Numbered from the whole stretch's first letter, positions 37,300 through 51,185 are shown. The stretch: 63,632 nt of DNA, filler included, from Octopus bimaculoides (GCF_001194135.2; 5 parts of 5 records of this genome joined end to end with filler, not necessarily neighbours in it), one strand, 5' to 3'. Numbers and translations are program-made. The notes: a model not told the origin generated them from the letters alone.

Positions 37300-38660
37300 C
37301 AGAAGTGGCTAAGGAATAACAGGGGGTGCCATGATTTGTACATTGAGAATGTGTCACGCAATGGGCATTTACAATTAAAAATTAGATGGGTTCGTTCATT
37401 CAGACAAATGGTGGATCGCATAATGGAAAAGACTTCCACGATGCATTGATCGCATTTGTTGTTATAACCAATATACGGTTTGGCATGGGTAACTATGGAC
37501 CATTTTAAATTATATAGAATTGAACTTTGTTTTAGGTTATTAATTAGCCGAGATAATGACGTACTGTTAGTTCTTGCTTGGGATTAGAAAGTAGAACAGT
37601 GGTTACCCACTCCGACTTTGAACGTGGTGCTGTAGGAGCAGATGTATACATAATTTGAATTCTCAGTTGATATCATACATTAGTAGACAATATTTTCTGT
37701 GTGACATCTCTCATCTGAAGGACAGAATATGGGGCTTCTACATTTGCATAGGATTCCAGAAGGTACTAAAGAGGAATTTTCGGGGTATTAAATATCTAGG
37801 ATCAAAAAGGTGTTATAGTCATTATCCGCTGCGGCATTATGAGTGTTATTTTTAGGGGGGGGGGTACGGGAGTTGTCTAGGGGATTTTGTTTCTTGTGTC
37901 TAATGATATTATTCCTATCATTGCCTATTTCGGTGGTGGGTATAGCGGGGTCGTAAGGTAGGCTGAGGGTATTTTAATGAATAATAGAATTAGAATATGT
38001 GTTGTGACGGTCGGTATTGGTAAGGAAGTGTAAGGATGTCCTAGGGTTATGAGTGGCGGAGTGAAATGTGGATTACGATGTTACTGTGATTAAAGTTAGT
38101 TGCTGGTTTTCAATGTAATTATTCTTCAGAAATCGGATTATACCAGCAATGTTGTGGTGGAGTAGGTTAAATTTAATCGATTAGGGACTGAAGATTTTTC
38201 TCAGAGAACTCGATTTAGGGAAATGTTTTTCAAGTGGAGAAAAGAATAGCTTGGTTACTATGGTCTGAGCATTAAGGACAAACGGGGATGTAGGTGGAAC
38301 CAGATAACGCTGCGTCTACTGGCTCACTTATCCCGGTTTAAGAGGACACCCGAGTAAAGCTTGGGTTATGGCGGAGTGTGCTGGTATGGATTTCGATGGA
38401 CAGCGGCGGATTTAGGATACAACACAGGGTGGGATGGGCCTATTGGATTTTCTACTACAGCAAACTTTGGGAGAGAGTGGGAGGGTATAATACCGGGGAT
38501 ACTTTGTGTTTTATCTGAAGGGGTAGATGTATCTGTTGTGCCAGGCTTAGTGGAGGAAGGATCGCACTATATAGAGATGAATTCAACTGGATTTTTATAT
38601 CCGGCACGTTACAGCGTATTGCTCGAATAATTCTTTATAGTCGGACAGGGATAACATCTT
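37300..38660 (-). mobile_element. Penelope-like element remnant (post-RT linker + GIY-YIG endonuclease)
   Basis: 38285-38184: PFVLNAQTIVTKLFFSPLEKHFPKSSSLRKIF; 37748-37347 in one frame with 2 stops: CKCRSPIFCPSDERCHTENIVY*C...YVYICSYSTTFK...NH...STSLS...LKWSIVTHAKPY...CDQC...LNER...CKC. Confidence 0.85.
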
Positions 38661-39789
38661 ATATATATATGCAAGTTTCAAACTTTGAGAGACAACAAGT
38701 TAGTGTCAATGCTATAATGTATTCTTATCTTAATTCATACACATATCTATATTTTCATACTTAATTCTCTCCAGCAATATAAGTTCACAACTAGACAGTT
38801 AAGGTTGGTGTCTCTATATACTATATATATGTGCTTTCTTAACATTATTTAAGGTGGCTTTCAACACCATGCACTTTCATATGCACTCGTATATATAGGT
38901 ATACATATATATATGTGTGTGTGTAGGTGTGTGTGTGTAGGTGTGTGTGTAACAACCACATGTGTATATAAACCAACTTAAATTTCTTTTTTTTAAATCG
39001 TCGAATGTGTATCGTGCGATAGACAAGAAAGTGAAGTTGTGAATGCAGTATCGCCGTTAAACAACAGAAAAATTAGGTATTATTGCCCTTACAAGGCGGA
39101 AAATGTTGACAACAAACAACAATATAGGTATGTATGTATGTATATATGTATGTATGCATGTATGTATGTATGTGTGTATGTATGTATGTGTGTATGTATG
39201 CATGCATGCATGCATGCATATATTAAGTATGTATGTATGTATGTATGTATGCGTATGCATGTACACAAATTTGTAGTGTAAGATATAAATTCAGAAAATC
39301 GTATATCTATTGCAGAAAGCTCCTCTAACTGATTTGGCTAACAAACGATATAGTAGCCCAATGACAAGAAGTGCAACGGAAATTGTCCGTGTCGCGGAAA
39401 TCCAGATGATCTAATCGACAAAATTCTTTTATAAGGAGTATATACACCATAAAATGTCAGAATCTATGAATGGTGAATATATTTATTTAACCACTTGGTA
39501 TTCTTAGGCTTATTCGTGCTGTAATCATTTCGGTGTAGAATTAATTTTGCTTATATGCGTTCATTAATATGCATGTTAGGTTTATACAATGCAAATGAAT
39601 ATTCACAAATTAATAGAAATAAAGACATCTAGCCCATCACAACACCGAAACATCCTGGTTAAAACCAACATTTAGTCAGATATATACACGCATACATAAT
39701 TGTCAATTATGAGCCTCGAAGACTATATTGAAAGTTACTACAATGCTTAGTAAAATTTAATGTAAAACTAACAGAAAGCTATCTACAAA

Positions 39790-40470
39790 CGGACAAATGA
39801 GATCTGCTTTCGGTGTTCAAGAATATCAACAAATAGGAAGTCTGGAATAACGCATAAACGTGAAGAAAGATGTGAAAGGACGGAAATTTTGAAAACAGCT
39901 TAAACATAACGTTCAGTGGGTAATACAGGAGCGGGGAAGCCAATTTATACGAACAATACTTAAATATATAAACAGCTCGCAAAATGTGAGAAATGAGTGC
40001 CAAATTTCAAAGATTCACCATGGCCGATCACGGTGAGAGCATTCTTGCTCACCTGAGATAATTTTCGTAAGTGTTCTGTCAAGCAAAAGATGCCAACTAA
40101 TCCAATTGGGCTACTTTACGACCGAACCCATTAAACATTATATTATTAGGATATACTATTATTCTTTTATTAATTCTAATTTTTTTTCTGTTATCATTAT
40201 TTCAATGAATGATAATTTCACTTGATAATCTGTTTCGGAAGCAGTGATTTCTTTATTTCTTTTTATCACCGATTTTACTGATGTCTCAGTAGACGAATTG
40301 ACTTCTCGCATCAAATTGTTTCTCTTTTGCTTTCGATTTCTTACCAGCTATGAAACATTTGGTCTATTTAAATCAATCAGTTACTGAAGTTCTCAAATGC
40401 TCCTGATGAAGGCATTTTTCATTACAATAGTCTATGCTGTTGTCTTAACGAGCGCTGAAATTTAAAACTT
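39790..40470 (+). mobile_element. Highly decayed Penelope 3' end (GIY-YIG C-terminus + pLTR-like tail)
   Basis: KHNVQWVIQERGSQF... resembles the 'Y.I.W.I.E..PY' region; decayed CTGATGA...GAAAT at 40403-40461. Confidence 0.4.
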
Positions 40471-40576
40471 TCTATACGAAAATATGGCTTCTCCTGAGTA
40501 AATATATTAATTTACACTGTGTCTTAGAAGGAGCTTATTTTCTATACTCGTTAGAAACATGGCACGCATACACACA

Positions 40577-40663
<87 letters not shown>

Positions 40664-40871
40664 ACACACACACATACTCACACACACGCACATTCACACA
40701 CACACACGCATACACACATATGTATGTATGTATGTATGTATGTGTGTATGTATGTATGCATGTATGTATGTATGTACGTGTGCGTGTTTGTGTATGTATG
40801 TATGTGTGCGTGTGTATGCACATAATGTATGTACATGTCTATTTGTTTATGCATAAAATTGTACGAAAGTA

Positions 40872-40930
<59 letters not shown>

Positions 40931-42155
40931 ATGAATACACACACAAGCAGACACATATATATATATAATATATTCATATTATATTCCTCTACGTACCTGT
41001 GCGTGTGTCTATATATATATATATATGCGTGTTTGTGTGTGGATATCCACTTTACGTCCCTTCACCCGTATATAAGTTTGTGTGTTCGCATGTTTATGTG
41101 TGTAAAGCTATCAATCGTGAAACTGTGCCGGCATTACCATTCATTAGTTGTTCACAATATCGTCTTGTTTCTCTTAAGTAGTGATATATGGATGAGCTGT
41201 ATATCTATGCGTCAGAGGTTATCTTAATTTCTTACGTGCTGAGTGATTAATAGATACATCTCTATCTCTAAAACACAACCCTGGATTTGCCGGGTATATT
41301 CCACTTCAGAAGCGTACGATAAAATCATATCTATTTAACAGCAAGATGACAGAAGCCATAGAGAATACAACGTTTCTTTTAGAGATAATGTTACAGAAGT
41401 TCTCTATAAGAATTTTAACACTTTAACATTCAGTTTAATAATGCTAAATATAGGTTTTGCATTAACAAACGAAAGTTTTTTAGTTACTGTTTCGTATGTG
41501 AGCGTGTGTAAATGCGTGGGCGTGTGTTTGGATCCGCTTATTAGTTACTTTCTCGAGCTGTGCCACTTAAAATACGAAGTAACTGACATATATCATGGGG
41601 TTTTCATTCATTCATTATTTGGTGATGTAATGCTGTAAATTTCCGAGATGAATTCCTAATGAAAAATTTCCTGGAAAATTACGTTGTAAGCAACTAGCAT
41701 CTGAAATGTGAATAGGTTTCTAGAAATCTTGAATCCAAGGGAAATATTTTTGAGAAGTATTGTCTCGAAAATTGTTTTGTAAATCTAATAATTTCTATCG
41801 GAAACCTTTTTAAAATGTTGGGTCAATATCACTGAAATGAATTGTAAATACATCCACATTCAACATTCTGTTCACACTATATTCTGAGGAAAATTTATAT
41901 TAGCCTTATTAAAAAAATATACACCGTAGCAATTGATTGGGCGAATCACTAGAACACTTGGAAAATAGCGTTACTATATACGAGTTCAAATACCACTGGG
42001 GACAGCATTCGCACGAACTAAAATATCAGCATTTATATAATTGATTTCTTACAGCAATATCGATTTTTTCTTCTAACCTTAGAACAGTAGTTATATAAGC
42101 GTTAATTACTCGGATTTTCTGCATTGTTATATAACTTAAATCAACTATTCATGTA

Positions 42156-42600
42156 CAAGAGTCGGCTGAAAATTTCATAGGCTGACCAATAAACTCTCAT
42201 GGAATGTGACAAAATGGAATTTATTTTTCAACATGTTCTATCTTGCGATCCACAAAGGTCTTCCATCGCTGTTGCAATATTCGGATACTATTTGTGAAGA
42301 ATCTTTCATCCAGATGGTCACTGTGAAGCTGCTTTCCGGTCGAGTGTTTTTGCATGTTGGGAAGTAGAGCATAGTAATATGGAGGCAAATCAAAAGTATA
42401 GGGAATGTGATCAACCAGTTCAAAGCCACAGTCAGGCACAGCAGCCATTGAAACCCAGGACTTGTGTGCTGGAGTATTGTCCTGATGCAACAAAACACCT
42501 TTCGTCAATATTCCTGAGCGGTTCGTCTTGATAGTCTTTCGTAACTACCTCAGCAAGTTGCCATAGTGCTCTTCATTCATGGCGTGACCATTTTGAAGAT
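42156..42600 (-). mobile_element. Mariner/Tc1 transposase remnant with one terminal repeat
   Basis: GVLLHQDNTPAHKS...CGFELVDHIPYTFDLPP..Y.LLPNMQKH...LQQRWKTFVDRKIEHVEK*; TA then CAAGAGTCGGCTGAAAATTTCATAGGCTGAC at 42154-42186. Confidence 0.9.
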
Positions 42601-43932
42601 AGTCAATTAACACAATGCTTTTTGCATTCCCCAAAGCTGAGGCCATTACCTTCCTTCATGAACTTTTCAGATCACCCTTCTATATATATGTGCTTAATGC
42701 ATTTATTTACTCTTGAAAATTTAACTACAAATATCTTATACCAGTCAAATAGTGCTATAAAAGCTGACTATTATACACTTCATCGGTTGCTTATGGGCGA
42801 TAGAATTTTTATAACGTCAAAGGATATAAAAACAACGATAACTCATGCAGACAAATACTATGATAACATACACATACACACGCATATCCCCGCACAGATA
42901 CCTATACAGAGGCACACGTACACAAACATGCACACTCACACACACACACACGTATACATAAGCACATATGCATGTATGCACTCAAGCAGACATAAAAAAA
43001 CATACACATAAAAACATAAATATACATGCTCACTCTCAGACAACAGTGAAGTTAGACGTTTAAGCAGAAAAAGAAATGAGTTTTACTAGATACATTTTCA
43101 TACAAACAATAACCAAGCTGCATGCAGTGGAAGCTTCAATAAGCATGATCGTTACAATTTATAAAATAATATATTGGATAAATATATAAGAAATGCAGAA
43201 GCGACAAACTTTAGTAACTAAAACTAGCAACCAGTTCTTGTTGCGGTGAAGTAATTTGTGTCTCTCAATGATCTTGGCAGCAATACCAATAGAACACAAG
43301 CTTGAATTAAAGCCTCCCATTCCGGATATGACACAGAATGGAAGCCAGATTAATATAGACTTTAACTTTCATAAGGTAAAATATGGACTTGTGCAGGGCC
43401 ACGATCTCCCCCTGATAAAAAGCGAAGTTGCAGATTTCATGAGAATTTGACATAAGAGAGTCGAGGATAGTGGAGAAAAATGGATGGACTACGCAAAGGG
43501 CTTCAAAAAGAAGAATGACTTGAAACTATAAAATGGATATAATTCTATTCTAAGACTATCTAGCCGGCTCCTCAAGAGACCCTATTAATTCTTGTATCAA
43601 AGATTAGCATCCAGTGTATCAGTACCTGATATAACAGAATCCATCACTACGAATACTAGTTGAAGAGTAAGATTGAAAGAGGCCGAAAGTTTTACACGTC
43701 GTTGTAACTGAATATACTGGAGCATGCACGACGACACCTTATCCTGCCAGTAGCTGCTGATCAGGCATCAGTGTAATAGATTATATCAAGTTGTTTTGAA
43801 TAAGTACATCAAGAATATCTCAGGATCACTGTTATTGTATGCTTAAATGAAGAAGTTATTTCCATGTAATGGAGTCGTTCATAAATGCATACTTACCTAC
43901 CTACCTACCTACCTACCTACCTACCTACCTAC

Positions 43933-44700
43933 CATTCACAACTCTACTGCAACGTGTTATCCGATGAAAAGAGGAGCGCCAATCAGCAGAAAACCATTAC
44001 TGGATATGTGAGCAGAAAACTCCTAATGACAGTAACATTGATAATCAAAGCAGTTTATCATGGATCAACAACCGCATTACTAACACGTTCTTTGAAACAT
44101 ATGCGATTGCTATCCTGGAAAAGGAAATATCAACCAAATACCTGATACTCTCTAGAAACTGAAATGCCGAAAAACCACGAAAATGTGATAACTAATGCAG
44201 GCATTGTGGAATTAACACCTAAGATAACATCAACATCATAGGCTGTTGTCCGAAAACGTCACCGTTGTATTATGTACCAATGAGACATGATGTTGTAGTC
44301 AGTAAACTGTATAATGAGAACCATTTCAAGTCAAACAGATAAGAATCCACAGAATGGTAGAGGACATAGCAATTCGAAATATGAAAGAATGGTGAAATGT
44401 CCTAGTGATAAGCTCCATGAAATATAAACATAGGAGACCAGACATAGTGATTTGGAACGGGGAAGAGAAACGAAATACAATAGTGGGAATCAGTTGCCCA
44501 GCAGACGTCAACGTATAGCTATAGGTCAGAAAGAAAAAGCCCGTCTACGCTGAACTGTTAAGGAATTTACAGTTACTCTACACATATTACAGGTTCAGGT
44601 TTATACTTGTAATTATTGGGGTACTGATATATGTAACAAACTGCCTAAGTAACAGTCTTGAAAAATTAGGCTTCTCAAAACCATAAGAACAGGAAGCTGA
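43933..44700 (+). mobile_element. RLE-type non-LTR retrotransposon C-terminal remnant (R4/NeSL-like)
   Basis: SSLSWINNRITNTFFETYAIAILEKEISTKYL...CRHCGIN...IIGCCPK...YYVPMRHDVV...RRPDIVIWNGEEKRNTIVGISCPADVN...YAELLRNLQLLY; preceded by (CCTA)n. Confidence 0.8.
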
Positions 44701-45529
44701 TATAAAGATTACAGATTCAATCCATCAATGAAATTTAAAATTAGTAAAACAAACCCCAAATTTAGCATTAACCATATGTGCGTTTAATATTGATGTGCAG
44801 CTATTTGCATGAGAATACATACATAAAACAAAACATGTAAATCTGCACATGCACTGACTCCAAGCACAGCACGCATAAACACATGCATGCACAAATAAAC
44901 TGTTGGTGTTGTTGAAGCTCCAACGGCAGAGCCTTGGATGCAACTTAGAACCCAGCTCCCTCTATTTCGATAAATTTTCAAATAAAACTACAAAATGTAC
45001 ACACAAATGTATGTATATAAATAGATAAATAAATAAACATATATATATATATATATAGACAGAGAGAGGGAGAGAGAGGTAGAGAGAGAAAGTGAGAGAG
45101 ATACATACATATATNNNNNNNNNNNNNNNNNNNNNNNNNNNNNNNNNNNNNNNNNNNNNNNNNNNNNNNNNNNNNNNNNNNNNNNNNNNNNNNNNNNNNN
45201 NNNNNNNNNNNNNNNNNNNNNNNNNNNNNNNNNNNNNNNNNNNNNNNNNNNNNNNNNNNNNNNNNNNNNNNNNNNNNNNNNNNNNNNNNNNNNNNNNNNN
45301 NNNNNNNNNNNNNNNNNNNNNNNNNNNNNNNNNNNNNNNNNNNNNNNNNNNNNNNNNNNNNNNNNNNNNNNNNNNNNNNNNNNNNNNNNNNNNNNNNNNN
45401 NNNNNNNNNNNNNNNNNNNNNNNNNNNNNNNNNNNNNNNNNNNNNNNNNNNNNNNNNNNNNNNNNNNNNNNNNNNNNNNNNNNNNNNNNNNNNNNNNNNN
45501 NNNNNNNNTATATATATATATATATCTTT

Positions 45530-45570
45530 TATTTGTTTCAGTCATTTGACTGCGGCCATGCTGGAGCAAC
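45530..45570 (-). mobile_element. SINE family A 3' tail fragment
   Basis: TTGTTTCAGTCATTTGACTGCGGCCATGCTGGAGC. Confidence 0.75.
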
Positions 45571-46001
45571 TTTATTTAAAAGCAGCAGAAATTTAACAAA
45601 AAAACCGTTACTCTGAATTTCACGTTCCCGTTCATCGGACAGTTTTGTTAGAAATGGAGAAATGTCTATGTGTGGATGCATGTGTTGTGCATGCGTGTAT
45701 GTGTGTGTGTGTTTGTGTGCGCGCGTGGTGTGTGTGGTGTGTGTGTGAATACATATATTTTCCAGTATTTAGTAATTCAGTAATTCGTATTCATTCGCAG
45801 CTATTTTTGATTATCAGAAACATTCAAATTATAAATACTTGCACATTAATGCACACAATTATACGGTATCTGTATTCATATCTATAGTTATCTCTCTGTC
45901 GTCCATATATCCTCTCTCTACCTCTCTGTCTCTATCTATCTATACATCTGTAGCCATACGTACAATACATACATACATATATACATACATACATACACAC
46001 A

Positions 46002-46047
<46 letters not shown>

Positions 46048-46050
46048 TAT

Positions 46051-46150
46051 NNNNNNNNNNNNNNNNNNNNNNNNNNNNNNNNNNNNNNNNNNNNTTAATT
46101 AATTAANNNNNNNNNNNNNNNNNNNNNNNNNNNNNNNNNNNNNNNNNNNN
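46051..46150. other. Assembly join linker
   Basis: 44N-TTAATTAATTAA-44N. Confidence 0.95.
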
Positions 46151-46659
46151 TATATATATTTATATATATATATGTAGATGTAGAAGTATAGATGTGTATA
46201 TGCATGCATACACATAGAGACCAAGTTAAACAAAGCTTGTCTGAATGCACACACACATGCAAACACACACACACACACACACACACACGCTCAAACACAC
46301 CATACTTGCATGCATACACATGCACTCACTCATCTGTATACAAAGCCACACACACATACACATGCACACACATTATACATTATGCTCTCTCTCTTTCTCT
46401 CCTGTTCACTCTGCTGCAGGTATTTTCTTCTTGCTCTGCTTAAGTAGTGACCTTTGCCAGCAGATGTCCCTATCAAGACTCTAAAGTTAGCGCCATCAAG
46501 GCCCCTAAGCAAAATCCACAAAAGGCCTCCTCCCTGTAGTTATTCATGTACTCTGCTTTATATCCTGGTTTCATATCCCTCAATAGCTTCTCTGCCGTCT
46601 TTACAATGAAGTCACCAGAGGAACCAGGTCTCAATATCTCTTGACTGCTTCAATGAGGA

Positions 46660-46820
46660 GGCATGTGGCCTTGTAATTTAAGGTGTTGAGCTCATTGTCA
46701 TAATGTCGTGGGTTCAATTCTTCGACAGGGTGGCACTTTTGTGCCCTTGAGAGCAAAGTTTATCATTTCACATTACTCCAATTCACACAGCTGAAAATGA
46801 GCAGCCACTGACGGCTGATC
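46660..46820 (+). mobile_element. Degenerate CORE-like SINE
   Basis: GGGTTCAATTC B-box then GTGCCCTTGAGAGC...TTTCACATTACTCCAATTCACACAGCTGAAAATGAG. Confidence 0.6.
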
Positions 46821-47015
46821 TCTCGCTTTCTCACTCCAGCTGCCAGATCCTGGATGTTCCATTGCAATATTGGGGCCAAATTTGGAGGAACCAAGAGAGA
46901 GAATGTCTATGTTTGCTCCCAGTTTTAGTAGCACCTAAAACAATTAGCTAAAGCACTGAGGAGTCCATGTAACCAACATGGCTTTTCCCTTCAAAGTTGC
47001 AGGCCTTGTGCAAAA

Positions 47016-47050
<35 letters not shown>

Positions 47051-47061
47051 CATCATCATCA

Positions 47062-47268
47062 AGATGGTAAGTTGGCAGAATTGATAGCATGCTGGATGGA
47101 ATGCATAACAGTATTTTGCCCGTTGCTGCATTCTGAGTTCAAATTCTGCCAAGGTCACCTTTGCCTTTCATCCTTTCAGGATTGGTAAATTAAGTACCAG
47201 TTGTGTTCTGGGGTCAATGTAATCAGCTAGGCCCCCTCCCACCAAATTTCAGGCCGTGTGCCTTTATG
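47062..47268 (+). mobile_element. SINE family B, CpG-decayed
   Basis: TGGCAGAATTGATAGCATGCTGG...TTCTGAGTTCAAATTCTGCCAAGGTCA...AAATTTCAGGCCGTGTGCC. Confidence 0.88.
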
Positions 47269-47282
47269 ATTATTATTTTAAT

Positions 47283-47530
47283 GTGTTCTTGAGCAAGACA
47301 CTTTATTTCACGTTGCTCCAGTTCACTCAGCTGTCGAAATGAGTTGCGATGTCACTGGTACCAAGCTGTATTGGCCTTTGCCTTCCCTTGGATAACATCA
47401 GTGGTGTGGAGAGGGGAGGCTGGTATGCATGGGCAACTGCCAGTCTTCCATAAACCACCTTGTCTTGACTTGTGCCTTGGGGGTAACTTTCTAGGTGCAA
47501 TCCCATGGTCATTCGTGACTTAAAGGAGGT
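47283..47530 (+). mobile_element. CORE-like SINE body and tail
   Basis: TGTGTTCTTGAGCAAGACACTTTATTTCACGTTGCTCCAGTTCACTCAGCTGT.GAAATGAG resembles the CORE consensus. Confidence 0.7.
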
Positions 47531-47624
47531 TCATTCATTAGTCTGAGACTGATTTCCTTCCTTCTCACCCTCTCCCTCCACTCCCAGCCACTCTTGGAAA
47601 CCCAGAAATATAGGGCTTGAGGCT

Positions 47625-47740
47625 GAAGTCATGGAAGATAATTCCGGGTGAAATGCTTAGTGGCATTTCATCTGTCTTCTATGTTCTGAGTTCAAATTCC
47701 GCTGAGGTCGACTTTGCCTAATCATCCTTTCGGGGGTTGG
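47625..47740 (+). mobile_element. SINE family B partial
   Basis: GAAATGCTTAGTGGCATTTCATCTG...GAGTTCAAATTCCGCTGAGGTCGACTTTGCC. Confidence 0.8.
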
Positions 47741-48079
47741 CAACGTGTACATGTGTACATACGGTTACACTTGTGCTTCTCTTTAAGTCACTGAGTTGCA
47801 AGCAGTAATGGTGTTGTCATTTCTGCTCTCAATAAATCCTCTGACGGCATTTTGGGTTTGAAGTAGACATCCTTTATTCGGGGGGGGGGGGGAACAGGTT
47901 AGGGTAAGTGACAGGAAGAGCATCCCGTTGTAAAACACTGACTTGGTAACATACTCATCTAACCCATGGAAATTGCAGATGCAAAAATAAATGAAGGAAA
48001 AATCATTATCACCAGCAGTAGTAGTAGTAGTAGTAGTATTGTAGCTGTAAAACTTGTGTAGAATAGTAAACATTATCAC

Positions 48080-48114
<35 letters not shown>

Positions 48115-48384
48115 GTTGTTTATAATTTCTTGCAGTTTGCTGCAAGTGATGTTGTTGTTACATAATTGATGTTGTCACTCTTGTAGCAGTACTCGTAGTA
48201 GTGTTTCTAGTTCTTGATTGTTGTTGTAGTTGCAGTTGTTGTCATCATTGTTAATTATCCTTTGATCATCTTATTTCAGATATTAATTAGTTGCTAAAAA
48301 AAAAATAGTAATAAATGATAAAAAACAGAAAAGTTAATAAACCAAATTGATACAAATAAATATTGATCCATTAATTCATTATAA

Positions 48385-48454
<70 letters not shown>

Positions 48455-49061
48455 TCATATTCATCATCATATCGTCAGTGAATTCTGTCGTAGTTGCTGA
48501 AGGAAAGGAGAAGATAGCAGCATGTCATGTGATGTGTGACCTCACTGATTCTCTGCCTGTTGTTGCCATCAAGGGAGTTAGCAACGATTTCATTCTGTTC
48601 ATTATTGTACTGTGGGGTGGCACACGACATGTTGCATTCTTGTCTTTCGCTTCAACATTTACAACAGATTCCACTGAAAATTTCAGTGACTAAAGTACAG
48701 GGCAATAGCATGAATCCATGCTATGGATGTAGTTATAAGTACTAAATATGAGATACTCTTTGGAGATTCTGTGAGTTTTTATTGAGCATTTTGGTATTTT
48801 GCATAAGAAGAAAAGAAAAATAGAAAACAGCATCTTACCACATTGATTATAAACATATATAGTGGATTCTCCCATTAGCTTTGATGTTGGAGGGTCTAAC
48901 AGCACATTGGTAGATTACTCACACATTATTTGTTTTCAGAGGAGAAGGCTTGTGTAAGACTTGCCACACATTTGAAAGATTACAATGGTGTGAGACTAAG
49001 CCCATGTGAAAAATAATACTGTTTAAATTAATTATATAGATGTGTGTGTGTGTGTGTGTGT

Positions 49062-49211
49062 ATCATCACTTAACGTCTGTTTTCTATGCTGGCATGGGTT
49101 GGATGGTTTAACAGAGGAACTGGCAAATCAGAAGATTGTTCAAAGCCCTGCTCTCTGCTTTAGCATGGTTTTTTTTGGCTGGATGTGCTTTCTAACACCA
49201 ACGTCTTTATA

Positions 49212-49268
<57 letters not shown>

Positions 49269-49288
49269 NNNNNNNNNNGCTTATCTCG

Positions 49289-49322
<34 letters not shown>

Positions 49323-49567
49323 TGTATGTATGTATGTATGTATGTATGTATGTATGAACATTCATATAATGACATCATTATAATCATTTAATGCCTGTTT
49401 CCCATACTAGCATGGGTTGGACGGTTTGACCATAGCTGGTAAGGCCAGGGACTGCAACAAGCTCCACTGTCTGTTGTGGCATGGTTTGCTTCTACAGCTG
49501 GATGCCCTTCCCGACGCCAACCACCCCACAAAGTGTTCTGGGTGCTTTTTATGTGGTACCAGCACCA
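49062..49567 (-). mobile_element. Two SINE/RTE-tail copies (Meta-domain-like with ...CCAACCCATGCCAGCAT...GACGTTAA.TGATGAT tail)
   Basis: 49062-49203 and 49383-49567 share CATGGGTTGGA.GGTTT and GCTGGATG..CTT.C..AC.CCAAC. Confidence 0.7.
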
Positions 49568-49839
49568 ACATCAGTTCTGCATTGGCCAATGAGTACAGCA
49601 ATGTGCCAGATACCTCGGTCCTTCGTCATCTCGGTAATGTGTGATGAATTGGGTAGGATTAATATTTGCATTTGTGTGTGTAAGTGTGATTCCTCATTTA
49701 TTAAATGTATTCTTTGTAGTAATCCACCATGGTCTTTTCTCTTGGAGATTACACTAGTCTTGTTGCCATCCACCCCTCTACTATGTTATATTTCTGTAAG
49801 GAATTGAAGAACATTCTATTATTAATAGCTTCGTTAAGA

Positions 49840-50035
49840 CAGTGAGCTGGGAGAATTGTTACTGCACTGGACCAAATGCTCAGTGGCATTTCTTCTGAGT
49901 TTAAATGCCATTGAGGTCAGCTCTGCCTTTCATCCTTTTGGGGGTGGATAAAATAAAGGACAGGTCAAGTACTGGGGTCAAAGTAATTGACTTTGCTATC
50001 CCCTTAAAATTGCTAGCTTGTGCCCAAGTTAGAAA
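49840..50035 (+). mobile_element. SINE family B, CpG-decayed
   Basis: GTGAGCTGGGAGAATTGTT...GAGGTCAGCTCTGCCTTTCATCC...GTACTGGGGTCAA. Confidence 0.8.
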
Positions 50036-50810
50036 GAGCTGTTAGTATCACTGATGAACCAGTGGCTGTGAATTGGCAGGTTTTTTTTTCCTGTGTGAGA
50101 CAAAATGCCTTGTGGTATACGGGCCTGATTGTTTTCCTTTCTGCTTTTAAACCCCACTTCAATTATCCTTGTTTTTCATTCTTCCAGGATCAGTAAAATA
50201 AAACCCTTGTCATATACTTGGATGTTAAATAGATCTACTGAATCTTTTTCTTATATATTTCTGTGGAAACTGAAAATTTGCTTTTTCAGCCATCCATGGT
50301 GGCTAAAACAAACACTCTGAAATGTTTGTATTGGAGCTCCCAGCATGAATGTCATTTCCAAATTTCTGGCTGAGTGAATTGTGTTGTGGTGCTGTTTTTT
50401 TTTTTTGTCACAGACAGTGCCCAACTGACCCTACTATACTGTGTAGTCGACATTTAATTGGGGTTAATTTAAATTGTCATATGCATTTTCTGTAAAAATA
50501 TGTCGTTTTTACCAAAGTTGGTGACCTTCATTACTGCAGAAGATATTTCTAACTTAGCCAAAGTTAGAAAGCTTCAATATTGCAGAAAGAATACAGCAAT
50601 ATATAAAAGGATGTGCAGTATTTAGTTACTTACCTTACAACACCTAAAGTTGGTATAATTGACAACACCTTCTACCTCCATATTTGTAATCTTGTAGCTC
50701 CGAGTTCAAATCACACTGAGATCAAATTTGCCTTTCATCTTTCTGGGGTTGACAATGTACCAGTCAAGTACTGGAATTGTAGAATTAACCATGTCCCATG
50801 CTTCCATGTG

Positions 50811-51185
50811 GAGGCGCAATGGCCCAGTGGTTAGAGCAGTGGACTTGCGGTCGTAGGATCGCAGTTTTGATTCCCAGACCAGGCGTTGTGAGTGTTTATT
50901 GAGTGAAAACACCTAAAGTGCCATGAGGCTCCGGCAGGGGATGGTGGCGAACCCTGATGTACTCTTCCACCACAACTTTCTCTCACTCTTACTTCCTGTT
51001 TCTGTTGTGCCTGTAATTCAAAGGGCCAGCCTTGTCACACTGTGTTACGCTGAATATCCCCGAAAACTACGTTAAGGGTACACGTGTCTGTGGAGTGCTC
51101 AGCCACTTGCACGTTAATTTCACGAGCAGGCTGTTCCGTTGATCGGATCAACTGGAACCCTCGTCGTAACCGACGGAGTGCCAAC
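50811..51185 (+). mobile_element. Near full-length tRNA-head SINE (third family), CpGs retained
   Basis: GGAGGCGCAATGGCCCAGTGGTTAG A-box head; tail CACGTTAATTTCACGAGCAGGCTGTTCCGTTGATCGGATCAACTGGAACCCTCGTCGTAACCGACGGAGTGCCA. Confidence 0.8.
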
